DNA from: an uncultured Gemmatimonadaceae bacterium
GTDB taxonomy: Bacteria; Gemmatimonadota; Gemmatimonadetes; Gemmatimonadales; Gemmatimonadaceae
DNA length: 64,000 nucleotides
NCBI GenBank assembly: GCA_963751275.1
Contig: CAVVTZ010000007.1
Location: 640,001 to 704,000 of the forward strand
Direction of reading: 5' to 3'
Shown here: positions 1-10,252 of the stretch, piece by piece
Layout: each line of letters opens with the position of its first letter
How positions within the stretch are numbered: the stretch's first letter is position 1
Notes under the pieces: generated by a model
What the model was told of the DNA's origin: nothing
Database searches by the model: none
The model's input: only the letters and a program-made list of their open reading frames with translations
Program-made: the position numbers and the translations under genes

Positions 1-988
1 GGCGAACATCTTCGCATTCGCCGAACAGCGCGGCGGCGCGCTGCGCCGCGTGGCGTTCGAGACCGTCACCGCGGCGCGCACGCTGGCCGACGCCACGGGC
101 GGCGGTGAAGTGCACGCGATGCTCATCGGCGCGCCCGGTGTGCAGTCGCTCGCGGCGGAGCTCGGGAAATACGGCGCGGATGTCGTGGTCGTCGTCGAGC
201 ACGCGGCGTTCGACAAGTGCAACGCCGAGTCGTGCGCGGCGACGGCGGCCGCGCGCATCAAGAGCGGCGGCTATCGCGCGGCGCTCTTCTCCGCGAGCGC
301 GCAGGGGAAGGATCTTGCGCCGCGCGTCGCGGCCAAGCTCGGCGTCTCCATGGCGAGCGGCGCGATGGCGGTGACCGTCGACGGAGACGCGGTCGTGATC
401 AAGCATCCGAGCTACATCGGAAAGATCATCATCACGCTGCGGCTCACCGGCTCGCCGGCGATCGTCACGCTGAACCCCGGCGCGATCACCGCCGTCGCGA
501 ACGCGAAGGCCGGCAAGGTGGAATCGATGGCGCCCGCGCTCGATCCCGCCCAGGGGCGCGTGATCGTGAAGGAAATGGTGCAGGCTTCGACCGCGAAGCT
601 CGATCTCGGCGACGCGCCCGTGATCATCAGTGGCGGCCGCGGACTCCGCGCGGCGGAGAACTTCAGGTTGGTGGAGGATCTCGCCGCTGCCTTCGGGAAC
701 GCCGCGGTGGGCGCCACGCGCGCCGTCACCGACGACGGCTGGCGCCCGCACACCGACCAGGTGGGTCAGACCGGCCGCCAGGTGAGCCCGCAGCTCTATG
801 TGGCGCTCGGCATCTCCGGCGCGATCCAGCATCTCGCCGGCATGCGCACGAGCAAGACCATCGTCGCGATCAACAAGGACAAGGAAGCCCCGATCTTCGG
901 CGTCGCGGATTACGGCATCGTCGGCGACGTGCTCGAGATCCTGCCGCCGCTCATTGACGCGGTGAAGAAGGCGAAGGCGGGCGCTTAG
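1..988 (+). CDS. etfA: Electron transfer flavoprotein alpha subunit (start codon cut by the window edge)
   Basis: Frame is open from position 2 ([12 protein letters not shown]). It carries the ETF-alpha FAD motifs SGGRG, VGATRA, QVGQTG and [22 protein letters not shown]. Confidence 0.95.
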   Translation, partial: ANIFAFAEQRGGALRRVAFETVTAARTLADATGGGEVHAMLIGAPGVQSLAAELGKYGADVVVVVEHAAFDKCNAESCAATAAARIKSGGYRAALFSASAQGKDLAPRVAAKLGVSMASGAMAVTVDGDAVVIKHPSYIGKIIITLRLTGSPAIVTLNPGAITAVANAKAGKVESMAPALDPAQGRVIVKEMVQASTAKLDLGDAPVIISGGRGLRAAENFRLVEDLAAAFGNAAVGATRAVTDDGWRPHTDQVGQTGRQVSPQLYVALGISGAIQHLAGMRTSKTIVAINKDKEAPIFGVADYGIVGDVLEILPPLIDAVKKAKAGA

Positions 989-995
989 CGCGCAC

Positions 996-1022
996 GCCGC
1001 GCCGGCAGGCTGCCGGCGCGGC
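996..1022. terminator. GC-rich hairpin between convergent genes (possible bidirectional terminator)
   Basis: gccgcgccggca-ggc-tgccggcgcggc is a perfect 12-bp stem; there is no U tract. Confidence 0.45.
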
Positions 1023-1039
1023 CGCCCGGCAAGCCTCCG

Positions 1040-3035
1040 TCAGTAACCCGCCTGCAGCGTGCGGAAGAGCGTCGCGACGTCGAAGCGCGCCGGATCCATC
1101 TCGTAGAAGCGGTTTTCCATGTAGCGTCCCGTGGTCGGGAAATACGGCGGCGAGTTGGTGAGCAGGCACTGGTCCACCGCGCGGTCCGCGCCCAGGCCGT
1201 CGCCGCTGCCGGTGGATGTGAACGAGACGGTATCCTCCACGATGCCGCCCGCCTGGCGGAATGCAGCCCCGCCCCGAATTGATCACGCCGCACGTCTTCA
1301 GCGCCTCCGGGTGCGCGCTGTAGTTCTCGACGCCGACCGTTCCGGTGCGGCTCATCATCACGCCGTCGAACACGAAATCGTTCGCCGTGAGGAAGCCGTC
1401 GTCGTTGCCGTCGGTCCAGCGGTACGCGTACCCGAGGCCGGCTTGCTGCGGCGAGTTGATCGCGTTGTCGGCGATCAGTTGGTTCCCGTCGGAGAGCACG
1501 CCGAGCAGGTTGGCGCACGGCGTCGTGGTCGGATCCTGCACGTACACCAGATCGTCCACGTAGGCGACTTCGCCCAGCGCCGGCCCGACGGTCTGCGCGT
1601 ATACGGTGACGCGTCCGCGCAACACGCCGTTCAACGCGATCGGCCCGTTGACGTGGATCGCCCCATGCACGCCGGGATTCAGCCCGGCGCCCAGCGGCCA
1701 GAGCCAATGGTCTTGCGCCAGGTAGCCGGAGTAGGGCGTGTTGGCGGGGATCGCGGCGAGCGCCGTGGTGACCGGTGCGCTGTTCCCGCCCCACCGCTGC
1801 CAGTAGCCGAAGGTCGTGCTGTCGGTGAACGTCGTGTCCTCGCCGCCCTTCTGCCAGTCCGCGGGGAGCGGCGCGGGGAGCGAGAGCTTGTTGGGGCGCT
1901 CGATCGCGACGAGATGCGGGTCGCCCTGCGGGTAGCAGCGGAACGCCGCATGCGACATCATCACGTCGCGCTGGGCAGCCGTGACCGCGCCGGTCAGGGT
2001 ATCGGTCGGAGGCGCGGATCCGAAGGACGTCTTGAACCACGTCGCGGAGTGCACCGACACGGGGTAGAACTTGAGCCGCCGCGGTGTGGTGACGGAGTCG
2101 ATGTGCCAGTCTCCGCACTGGGTGTCGGGGCCGTGCGACGTACCCGACTCCTGGTCAGCGCGGACGCCGCGCGGATCGTTGCCCTGGTAGACGCGGAAGA
2201 ACCCCTCATTGGCGCCGGTGAGCGCCGTATCGCCGTTCAGGTCGACCGCCACGAATTCGAGCCGCGTCTGCACGGTGGCGGCGGTGTTCCCGACCGGCGT
2301 GATGTCCAGGTTGTCACCTGCCGCGCGGGTCTGGATGATCGCGACGCGGCTCGTGGGCGGCGTCACGATCAGCTGCGAAAGGTTGACGTACCCCTTGTGG
2401 AATACCGGCGCGCCGCCGGTGACGGACCCGCCCGCGGACACGGTGTCGTAATAGTCCGGGCTGCCGCAGGAACGCCAGTTCTCGTTGGTGTAGCCGCGGC
2501 CGCGCACGAATTCGCCGTCGCCGAAACAGGGTCCGCTCGCCGACCAGTGGTTCGTGAAGAGCCCGAAGCGCGCGAAATTCTCGTCCTGCAGCTCGAGCCG
2601 GCGCACGAAGCGCGTGCCGAAGGCGTCGTACGCCTCGGCCACCACGCTCACGAACTGGCCGTACTGCGCATCGACGTTCCCCGAGCGACCGGCGTACAGG
2701 TTCACCCGCACGCGAGGCACGTACTGCCCGTTCGCGCCAAGGATCTGTCCGCCCGAGGAATGATCTGGACGTAGCCGGAGTCCGGCAGAATGGATCGTGG
2801 TGTCCTTCGTGAGCTGCGCCTTGCCCATCGCGAGCGCCGCCTCGGCGGCGTAACGGTAGTTCGCCTCGCGGTCGTAGTACACGCCGAGCAGCGCGCCGCT
2901 TCCCATCAGCTCGATGGCCGACAGCGCGATCGCGCTGATCGCCACCGTGAGAAGCAAGACGAGCAGCAGCGCGCTGCCAGGGCGGAGCGGCGGGCGGCTC
3001 GGACGGCGGGTCGGCTCGGAGGGGGACCGGGTCAT
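1040..3035 (-). CDS. Large PilX-like minor pilin (frameshift near 1260; probable compensating indel pair near 2760-2790)
   Basis: N-terminus PG|SALLLVLLLTVAI (no Glu5) followed by YAAEAAL, typical of PilX. The C-terminus continues in ORF 1040..1240 (PPYFPTTGRY). Confidence 0.75.
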
Positions 3036-3063
3036 AATGACGTTCCGCGATTTGATGGTGCGC

Positions 3064-4221
3064 CTACGGATTGGTGACCGAACCGGCGGCAGCAATGTTC
3101 GAGTTCTGTGGCGAGCAATCCTGCGCGACGACGCCATAGAACCACTGGCCGCTCTGCAGGTCGGTGTCGTCCAGCGTATAGGTCGGAGTGGATGCCGGGA
3201 TCGTGGCGATCGGCTCCCCCGTGTGCGGGTCGCCCAGGATGTGCTTGAACACCATGTAGCGCTCCACATCGCGCTCGCCGCCGGTCTGATCCGCCGAGGC
3301 GGTCCACGTCACGCGGGCGCTCGTCGGCGAACCGGTTGGGTAGAGTGTCACCGACGCGCCGATCGGTGCCCCGGGCGGGTTGCCGCACATCATGGCGCGC
3401 GCCATTCCGGCGTTGAGCACCTTGGTGTTCGTCTCCACCTTGCGGATCTGGTCACCCTTCACCGGGTCCTTGTACAGGCCCCACGCCATGACGCGCACCA
3501 TGCGGATCGAATCCGTCAGCGCGGATGCACCGGTGTCCATCGGCGCACCATGCAGCGGCGCGGTGTGCAGCAGGGGGAGGTGGGAGGTGGGGATCGAATC
3601 GAGGAGTCCGGCCGAATCCGGACGGTAATACGTGAAGAAGGCCTGACCGGCGGGGATGAGGAGTCCCTTGGTCACGACGGTGGCCACCCCGTTGTTGACC
3701 CGGCGGTAGAGGATGTAGATATCCGAACGGCCCGAGGTGGTGTCCTGGGTCACCCAGTACGACACGGTCTCGGCGCGCGACGGGAGCTGCATGCTGTTCT
3801 GGTACGGGACGAGCGGATAGTTGAAGGAGCTGTATGGGAGCGTGATCGCATCGCTCACCAGCATGCTCGTGAGCTCGCGCGGGTCCATCGAGGGATCGTA
3901 GTAGACGGCGGTCGGATCGGTCGAGTCCTGCGTGGCGAGGTCGGCGTTGAAGGTGATCGCCATCGGATGCGCCTGCACGATGATGGGCTGGAACCTCACG
4001 ACCCCGACGCCCGCCATGCGCACATCCCGGTCGATGGCGCTCTGGGCGAATCGGGCGTTCAGCATCGCCTCCTGGCGCCCCGCGTTCTGACCCACCGACT
4101 TCACCTGGAATTGGAAGAAGGGGACCCCGAGCGCCCCGACGATCGCGAGGATCAGGATGGCGACCATCAACTCGATGAGGGAGACGCCGCGGCGGGCGGT
4201 CTGGCGGATCGACGCGTGCAT
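3064..4221 (-). CDS. PilW-like minor pilin with C-terminal fibronectin type III-like domain
   Basis: Prepilin motif RRG|VSLIELMVAIL and AIDRDVRMAG. C-terminus has an FN3-like pattern: PPGAP..VTWTAS..Y.V..Y.LDD..Y.VVAQD. Confidence 0.8.
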   Translation of the reverse strand: MHASIRQTARRGVSLIELMVAILILAIVGALGVPFFQFQVKSVGQNAGRQEAMLNARFAQSAIDRDVRMAGVGVVRFQPIIVQAHPMAITFNADLATQDSTDPTAVYYDPSMDPRELTSMLVSDAITLPYSSFNYPLVPYQNSMQLPSRAETVSYWVTQDTTSGRSDIYILYRRVNNGVATVVTKGLLIPAGQAFFTYYRPDSAGLLDSIPTSHLPLLHTAPLHGAPMDTGASALTDSIRMVRVMAWGLYKDPVKGDQIRKVETNTKVLNAGMARAMMCGNPPGAPIGASVTLYPTGSPTSARVTWTASADQTGGERDVERYMVFKHILGDPHTGEPIATIPASTPTYTLDDTDLQSGQWFYGVVAQDCSPQNSNIAAAGSVTNP

Positions 4222-4232
4222 GTGATCGGACC

Positions 4233-4649
4233 TCAGAAGGCGCCGATGATGGTGGTCTTCGACACGGGGTTCGTGAGGCTGGCTTGCGTCACGGTGACGG
4301 TGACGGTCGTATAGTCGGTCTGCGCCGTGTTGGTGCGCACGACGTCGGTCTCCCGTGTGAATCCGGGGTGGCCGGGGATCGCCGACTCGATGGTGGCGTA
4401 GGTGCTGAGCGCCGAGTACGGCGCCGTCGTCTTGACGTATTCCAGACGGTCCTGCACGAGGTCGGCGGCCGTCGAGGCGATCGCTCCGGTGCTCGAAGTG
4501 TGCGCGAAGTTCGTAATGAACTTGCCCATGCCGAGCAGCGCACCCGTGAGGATCACGAGCGCCATGAGCACTTCCAGGATCGTCATGCCTCGCCGGGCGG
4601 ACCGGCCGCGCGGGGCGGACATGGGCGATGCCTCAGGTACGGCGGCCAT
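4233..4649 (-). CDS. PilV-like minor pilin
   Basis: Prepilin motif RRG|MTILEVLMALVIL in a protein of about 130 aa. Confidence 0.8.
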   Translation of the reverse strand: MAAVPEASPMSAPRGRSARRGMTILEVLMALVILTGALLGMGKFITNFAHTSSTGAIASTAADLVQDRLEYVKTTAPYSALSTYATIESAIPGHPGFTRETDVVRTNTAQTDYTTVTVTVTQASLTNPVSKTTIIGAF

Positions 4650-5237
4650 CTAAAGATTCCCCGCGGTCCACATGTTGCCGATGTACTTGAACCAGTCGGT
4701 GTGGCCGGTGGATTTCAACATGGTCACGCCGCGAAAATCGTTCGGAGCTGCGCGGCGCGACGTCAGATAGACCTCGAGGTCGCTGTTGCCCGCGCCATTG
4801 CGGCGGAAGATGACGCTGGGGTAGCCGTCGACCACGATGAGGTTGGCGCCGTCGATGGCGCCTGACACGGGACCGTTCACTCCAATGGGCGGCGTCGCGA
4901 AATTCACGCCGTCGTCCAGATTCACCCAGGTCACCCGCTCGCCCGCATCATAGGTGCTGTTGTTGTTGTTGTCTTCGAGCATGCGCACCCGGTTGTTCGC
5001 TTGATCGAAGCTGACGATCACATTGTACTGGCGTGTGACGGCGAGCCGCTGCGCGATCTGGACTTGCGAGCGCACGAGCCGCACCCCCGCGTCCACCTGA
5101 AATTGCGTGAAGTTCACGTGAGGGATCGCGAATCCCGCGATGATGCCGATGATCACGATCACGACGATGAGTTCGGTCGTGGTCATCCCCGACCGGCCGG
5201 TAGTGATCCCGCGTTGCGCTGCCCGACGAACGTCCAT
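4650..5237 (-). CDS. FimT/FimU/GspH-like minor pilin
   Basis: SG|MTTTELIVVIVIIGIIAGFAIP and AQRLAVT; first gene of the pilin cluster. Confidence 0.8.
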   Translation of the reverse strand: MDVRRAAQRGITTGRSGMTTTELIVVIVIIGIIAGFAIPHVNFTQFQVDAGVRLVRSQVQIAQRLAVTRQYNVIVSFDQANNRVRMLEDNNNNSTYDAGERVTWVNLDDGVNFATPPIGVNGPVSGAIDGANLIVVDGYPSVIFRRNGAGNSDLEVYLTSRRAAPNDFRGVTMLKSTGHTDWFKYIGNMWTAGNL

Positions 5238-5382
5238 TGAGCACCCCGTCCTTATTCGCTGCCGCCGGTCGATGAGACGTAGGCGGTCGCGGAACGTTTG
5301 TTTCCAGGTTACCGCGCGGTAGCGAGAACAAGCGCACAAAGGCCCCCTGTCACTGGTGGCCCTCGCACGCGCCCTGATCACC

Positions 5383-5399
5383 AGCAGATTCCATGCCCA
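5383..5399 (-). promoter_or_regulatory. Putative sigma54 (-24/-12) promoter of the pilin operon
   Basis: Minus strand reads TGGGCATGGAATCTGCT, a GG-N10-GC spacing. An AT-rich IHF-like tract lies at 5404-5416. Confidence 0.55.
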
Positions 5400-5635
5400 C
5401 AGCTAAGTTGTTATTAATCAATCTCCCACCAGGTGATCAGAATCGTTCCAGGTAGCAATAATTGCGATTGCTCGCAAGAAAGTTGCAGGAACCGGGGCGG
5501 CCGGTCGGTTCGAATACAAGGCCGATCCTAGGCCCGCGCCGGCGCCGGAAAGCGGAGCTGGAGGGCTCGCACGCGTGAACGGTGTTCGACCGCTGACGGA
5601 TCTCGACTGCGGACTTCCCTCTGCGCATCCGGTGC

Positions 5636-5664
5636 TTGTCGCACCCTGCAGCCCTCCGTAGCTT
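5636..5664 (+). promoter_or_regulatory. Putative sigma70 promoter giving a leaderless transcript of the Fe-S oxidoreductase
   Basis: TTGTCG-N17-TAGCTT with ATG 6 nt downstream and no Shine-Dalgarno. Confidence 0.5.
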
Positions 5665-5670
5665 TGCGCG

Positions 5671-7698
5671 ATGCGCGCCGAGAATGCCGTCTTCGCGATC
5701 GTCGTCCTCGCCGCCACGGCGTTCTTCGCCACCAGCGCGCACCGGCTCATCTCCTACCTGCGCCTCGGCAAGCCCGACCCGCGCCTCGATCACCCGCTCG
5801 CCCGCCTCAAGAACGTCCTCACGATCGCGATCTTCCAGAAGAAGATCTTCCGCGATCCCGTGGCCGGCCCCATGCACGCGCTCATCTTCTGGGGCTTCCT
5901 CGTGCTCACGGCGGGCACGATCGAGCTGATCCTGCACGGCATGTTCCCGGGCTTCTCGTTCGGCTTCCTGCCGCAGCCGGTCTACACCGCATACGCCTTC
6001 TCGCAGGACCTTTTCGGCCTGCTCGTGATCGCGGCGGTGTCCTTCGCGCTCTTCCGCCGGCTCGTGATCCACCCCAAGCGCCTGCAGGGCGACGGCACGC
6101 ACCAAGGCGACGCGCTCCTCATCCTGAGCATGATCGGCGGCCTCATGGTGACGATGTTCTTCGCCAACGCGTTCGAGCTTGTGCTCGCCCCCGGCGCGAT
6201 CGTGAGCGCGAAATTCTTCAGTCACACGCTCGCGGGCTGGCTCGCGAGCACGCCGCCGGAGACGGCCCACGTGCTCCAGCGGATCTTCTGGTGGTCGCAC
6301 GCGCTGCTGGTGCTCGTGTTCCTCAACTATCTGCCATACTCGAAGCACCTGCACGTCATCACGTCGATCCCGAACGTCTTCTTCTCGAACGCGAACGGCC
6401 CGATGAAGAAGGGCGTGATCCGCTTCCTCGACCTCGAGGCCGAAGGCGCCGAGCAATTCGGCGCCGCCGACGTGGACCAGCTCACGTGGAAGGACCTCTT
6501 CGACGGCTACTCCTGCACGGAGTGCGGGCGCTGCACGTCGGTGTGTCCCGCGAACCTCAGCGGCAAGCTGCTCTCCCCGCGCAAGATCATCGTCGATACC
6601 CGCGCGCGCCTCATGGAATTCGCGCCGCCGACGATCGCCGGCGACATGACGCCCGCGATCAGGGACCACCGCCTCCTCGACAATTTCATTTCCGAAGAGG
6701 AACTCTGGGCCTGCACGACCTGCCGCGCGTGCGTGAACGAATGCCCCGTCGGCATCGAGCATCTCGATCACATCATGGACCTGCGCCGCGATCTCGTGCT
6801 CATGGAATCGCGCTTCCCGCCCGAAGTGCAGCCCGTGTTCGAGTCGATGGAGCAGCGCGGCAGTCCGTGGAACTTCTCCCCCACCGATCGCGCGAACTGG
6901 GCCGCCGGCCTCGACATTCCCACGATGGCCGAGCTGGCCGCGCGGGGCGAGCAACCCGAGATCCTCTTCTGGGTCGGCTGCATGGGCTCCTTCGACGACC
7001 GCGCGAAGAAGATCTCCGTCGCGCTCGCGCGCATCCTCAAGGCCGCCAACGTCAAGTTCGCGATCCTCGGCCAGGAGGAATCGTGCAACGGCGATCCTGC
7101 CCGCCGCATGGGCAACGAGTACCTCTGGCAGATGCTGGCCAAACAGAACATCGAGACGCTGGGCCGTTACCAGATCAAGACCGTCGTCACCTTCTGCCCG
7201 CACTGCTTCCACCAGATCGGCAACGAGTATCCGCAGCTGGGCGGCGACTACGACGTCATCCACCACTCGACTTTCATTGAACGGTTGGTAAATGAAGGCC
7301 GCTTAACCTTGGCCACCGACGAGGGGAAAGCCCTGACGATGGCCTACCACGACAGTTGTTACCTCGGCCGCTACAACGATGTCTATGATGCGCCGAGGAA
7401 CGCGCTGAAAAGAGCGCTCCCGGTGATGGCGTTGGCCGAGCCCGTTCGCTCGCGCGACCGCGGATTGTGCTGCGGCGCCGGCGGCGGCCGGATGTTCATG
7501 GAGGAGACCGTCGGCAAGCGCATCAATATCGAGCGCACCGAAGAATTGCTCGCGACGGGCGCCGAACAGATCGCCGTCGCATGCCCGTTCTGCATGACCA
7601 TGATCACGGATGGCGTGAAGGCGAAGGGCAGCGAAGTTCCGGTGCTGGACATCGCCGAGGTTGTGGCCGGGCGGCTTGCCGCCAAAGGAGCTGATTGA
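5671..7698 (+). CDS. Membrane Fe-S oxidoreductase (FadF/HdrD-like: TM domain, two 4Fe-4S motifs, CCG domains)
   Basis: N-terminal TM helices; [12 protein letters not shown] and [15 protein letters not shown] motifs [16 protein letters not shown] and ACPFC. Confidence 0.9.
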   Translation: MRAENAVFAIVVLAATAFFATSAHRLISYLRLGKPDPRLDHPLARLKNVLTIAIFQKKIFRDPVAGPMHALIFWGFLVLTAGTIELILHGMFPGFSFGFLPQPVYTAYAFSQDLFGLLVIAAVSFALFRRLVIHPKRLQGDGTHQGDALLILSMIGGLMVTMFFANAFELVLAPGAIVSAKFFSHTLAGWLASTPPETAHVLQRIFWWSHALLVLVFLNYLPYSKHLHVITSIPNVFFSNANGPMKKGVIRFLDLEAEGAEQFGAADVDQLTWKDLFDGYSCTECGRCTSVCPANLSGKLLSPRKIIVDTRARLMEFAPPTIAGDMTPAIRDHRLLDNFISEEELWACTTCRACVNECPVGIEHLDHIMDLRRDLVLMESRFPPEVQPVFESMEQRGSPWNFSPTDRANWAAGLDIPTMAELAARGEQPEILFWVGCMGSFDDRAKKISVALARILKAANVKFAILGQEESCNGDPARRMGNEYLWQMLAKQNIETLGRYQIKTVVTFCPHCFHQIGNEYPQLGGDYDVIHHSTFIERLVNEGRLTLATDEGKALTMAYHDSCYLGRYNDVYDAPRNALKRALPVMALAEPVRSRDRGLCCGAGGGRMFMEETVGKRINIERTEELLATGAEQIAVACPFCMTMITDGVKAKGSEVPVLDIAEVVAGRLAAKGAD

Positions 7699-8339
7699 TG
7701 GAAGACCTGACGCGTGGACCGGAGATGACCGAGCGCCCGCAGCTCATGGCGGGCTTCCTCTTGGTCTTGGCGGCCACCGGCGTGCCGCAATTCTCGCGCG
7801 TGGCCGCGGATTTCCTGGGCCCGGCGACGGGATTGGCGATCGCGGTCGTGCTCTGGGCGGTCGCCGCGGGGATCGGCTACCTGATCATCGGCAAGACGGA
7901 GGGCGGTCGCTCGCTGGTCGCGCTCGTGGTCGGCTGCGGCGCGGTGTGGACCTCGCTCATCTTCGCGATCTCCCTGTTGCTGCTGCGGCATGACATTTCA
8001 GGCGAATATCTTCTGCCGTGGTACACGATGAGCGCGGCCTTCACCGGCGCGACCTACGGCCTCCTCTGCTACGTTCGCTACCGCGGACTGCCGCTCACGC
8101 TGCGCCGCGCCGCGAAGACGTCGCTCATCGCGTCGGTGCCCGCCGTGGTCATGCTGCTGATGGGCACCATGCTCGCTCCGTTCGGCATCCGGACCACCGA
8201 TCCGGCATCGCTCGGTCTCGCCGTCGGGCTCGTGTTCGCGGCGCCGGTGGTGCTTTCGATCTCCCTCGAACTGATCTGGTCCACCATCCAGCGCTCGCGC
8301 GCTTCGGCGCGCGCGGCGCGACTCCGGGCGGCATCATGA
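7695..8339 (+). CDS. Hypothetical multi-pass membrane protein, paralog 1 of 3
   Basis: About 6 hydrophobic segments; motif GCGAVW..TGATYG..RYRGLP; start overlaps or abuts the upstream stop. Confidence 0.75.
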   Translation: MMEDLTRGPEMTERPQLMAGFLLVLAATGVPQFSRVAADFLGPATGLAIAVVLWAVAAGIGYLIIGKTEGGRSLVALVVGCGAVWTSLIFAISLLLLRHDISGEYLLPWYTMSAAFTGATYGLLCYVRYRGLPLTLRRAAKTSLIASVPAVVMLLMGTMLAPFGIRTTDPASLGLAVGLVFAAPVVLSISLELIWSTIQRSRASARAARLRAAS

Positions 8340-8980
8340 AGCGAGATACGACGAATCCGACCGTCGCGACGATCGTGTCGCTCCGCCTGTCCGGCATCGT
8401 GGTGGTGCTGCTCGCGGCCATCGTGCCGATCGCGACGCTCTTCTACGCGTTCAACGCCGCGAACGAATGGGAACTCGTGCTGGCGCCGCTCGGATGGGCC
8501 GCGGTCGCCGCGATCTCGTGGGTGGTGCTGCAGCGCACGCCCGACGCGCGCACCCTTGTCACGCTGGTCTGCGGCTGTTGCGCGCTCTGGACGATCGCGC
8601 TCGGCGGCCCGCCGGCCTACGCGCTGCGGGATGCGCACGGCGAGTTCCTGAAGCTGGTGTTCCTGGTATCGTGCGCATCGATCACCGGCGCGTGCTTCGG
8701 CTACGTGTGCTTCATTCGCTACCGTGGCATCCCGCCGACGCTGAAGGGAGCGGTGCGGCTCGCGACGCTATCGGCCATGCCGGCCTTCTCATTGTTCCTC
8801 GTCGCGAACGCGGTCACGATGATGCAGCCGCACGAGCACGGCGGGGGCTGGACGGCCGCTGGATCGCTCAAGGAAGCGCTGCTCGTGCTCGTCGCGCCCT
8901 TCGTGTTCGCGCTCATCGTGACGATGGTCTCGATCCAGACCAGCCGCCGCGGTCTGACCAAAGCCAGCCCCATCGCCTGA
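8336..8980 (+). CDS. Hypothetical multi-pass membrane protein, paralog 2 of 3
   Basis: ATGA overlap with the previous gene; motif GCCALW..TGACFG..RYRGIP. Confidence 0.75.
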   Translation: MKRDTTNPTVATIVSLRLSGIVVVLLAAIVPIATLFYAFNAANEWELVLAPLGWAAVAAISWVVLQRTPDARTLVTLVCGCCALWTIALGGPPAYALRDAHGEFLKLVFLVSCASITGACFGYVCFIRYRGIPPTLKGAVRLATLSAMPAFSLFLVANAVTMMQPHEHGGGWTAAGSLKEALLVLVAPFVFALIVTMVSIQTSRRGLTKASPIA

Positions 8981-9615
8981 TGGACGACAAGACCAGGCTC
9001 CCCGACCTCACGCCGCGGAGCCTGCGCTTCGGCGGCCTGGTAATGGTCCTCCTCACGGCCGCGGTGCCCGCGCTCGCCTGGACCTTCGCGGCATCGGTCC
9101 TTTCACTCGCGGGACTGTTCGTCGGAGCGTCCGCGTGGGCGGCGATCGCACTCGTCGGATATCTCGCCACGGGCCGCAACGCGCTCGCGCGCACGTTCGC
9201 GATCCTGATCTGCGGGTGCGGGGCGCTGTGGGCCGTCGTGCTCACCGTGGCGTTCTGGTTCCTCGTGCGCGGCCAGCTCGATGTGTCCAGCCCGGTGCCG
9301 CTCACCGACGGGCGCATGCCGGCCGGCGAGATCATGGCGCTGTGCGGCGTGGCCGCCGCCGCGACCGGCGCCACGTATGGCTACTTCTCCGCGATCCGCT
9401 ATCGCGACCTGCCGCGCACCTTCTCGAGGGCGCTGCGGGCCTTTGCGTGGGCGCTGCTGCCTTCGGTGGCGCTCTCTCTCGCCGTCTTCGAGACGGACCT
9501 GCTCAACCGGTACGTCCTGTTCGCCGTGGCCGCGCCGCTCGCGCTCGCGCTCGCCGTCACCGCCGCGGCCGCCGCGATGCCGCGCCGGGTCACCACGCCA
9601 GCCGGTATATCCTGA
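8980..9615 (+). CDS. Hypothetical multi-pass membrane protein, paralog 3 of 3
   Basis: TGATG overlap; motif GCGALW..TGATYG..RYRDLP. Confidence 0.75.
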   Translation: MDDKTRLPDLTPRSLRFGGLVMVLLTAAVPALAWTFAASVLSLAGLFVGASAWAAIALVGYLATGRNALARTFAILICGCGALWAVVLTVAFWFLVRGQLDVSSPVPLTDGRMPAGEIMALCGVAAAATGATYGYFSAIRYRDLPRTFSRALRAFAWALLPSVALSLAVFETDLLNRYVLFAVAAPLALALAVTAAAAAMPRRVTTPAGIS

Positions 9616-10252
9616 TCGTCTGCTGCTTGTCGCCCACCGCGAATTTCCGCTCGATCGTCTCCACCCGCCGGAACTCGCGCTGCGCGCAGGCCTCCAGGAA
9701 TTCCTCGATCGCGATGCGCCCCGGATCGGCCATGACGGCCTCGCCCCCCGTCGCGAGCGCGCGCACCATCGCATCGGCCACCAGCGCGGCATAGGGCTTC
9801 TCGTACAGCACGTCGCACGCGACGACGAGGTCGTAGCGCCCCAGATCGGCCGGCAGCTCGCGCCAATTCACCATGCGCGTCGCCGGCTCGCGCCCGGTGG
9901 CGGCCCGCGCGTTCGCGCGCGTGAAGAGCAGCGCGTCCTCGTAATAATCGGTCGCGGTGACGGCGAACCCCGCGTGCATCGCCGCCGTGGTGACCAGGCC
10001 GAGCCCGCAGCCCAGCTCGAGCATCGTGCGTCCGTTGCCCGGCTGGTCCGCGATCCACTCCGCGAGGATCCGTGACGACGGCCAGACATCGGCCCAGTAC
10101 GGGAGCCGCTCATCCTTCACATAGTCCGCTTCGCTGATCAGATCGTCGGCGTCGCGCGGTTTCAAGAGCGTGATCGATCCCTCGCCCACGCGCACGGTCT
10201 CGCTGTCGGTCACGAACCGGCGCTCCAGCTCCTGCCGCAACGCGTCCGTCAC
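9590..10252 (-). CDS. Class I SAM-dependent methyltransferase (Methyltransf_16/METTL21-like)
   Basis: PYWADVWPSSRILA, LELGCGLG, ATDY and DLVVACDVLY. GTG start overlaps the moeA stop. Confidence 0.85.
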   Translation of the reverse strand: MTDALRQELERRFVTDSETVRVGEGSITLLKPRDADDLISEADYVKDERLPYWADVWPSSRILAEWIADQPGNGRTMLELGCGLGLVTTAAMHAGFAVTATDYYEDALLFTRANARAATGREPATRMVNWRELPADLGRYDLVVACDVLYEKPYAALVADAMVRALATGGEAVMADPGRIAIEEFLEACAQREFRRVETIERKFAVGDKQQTIRIYRLAW

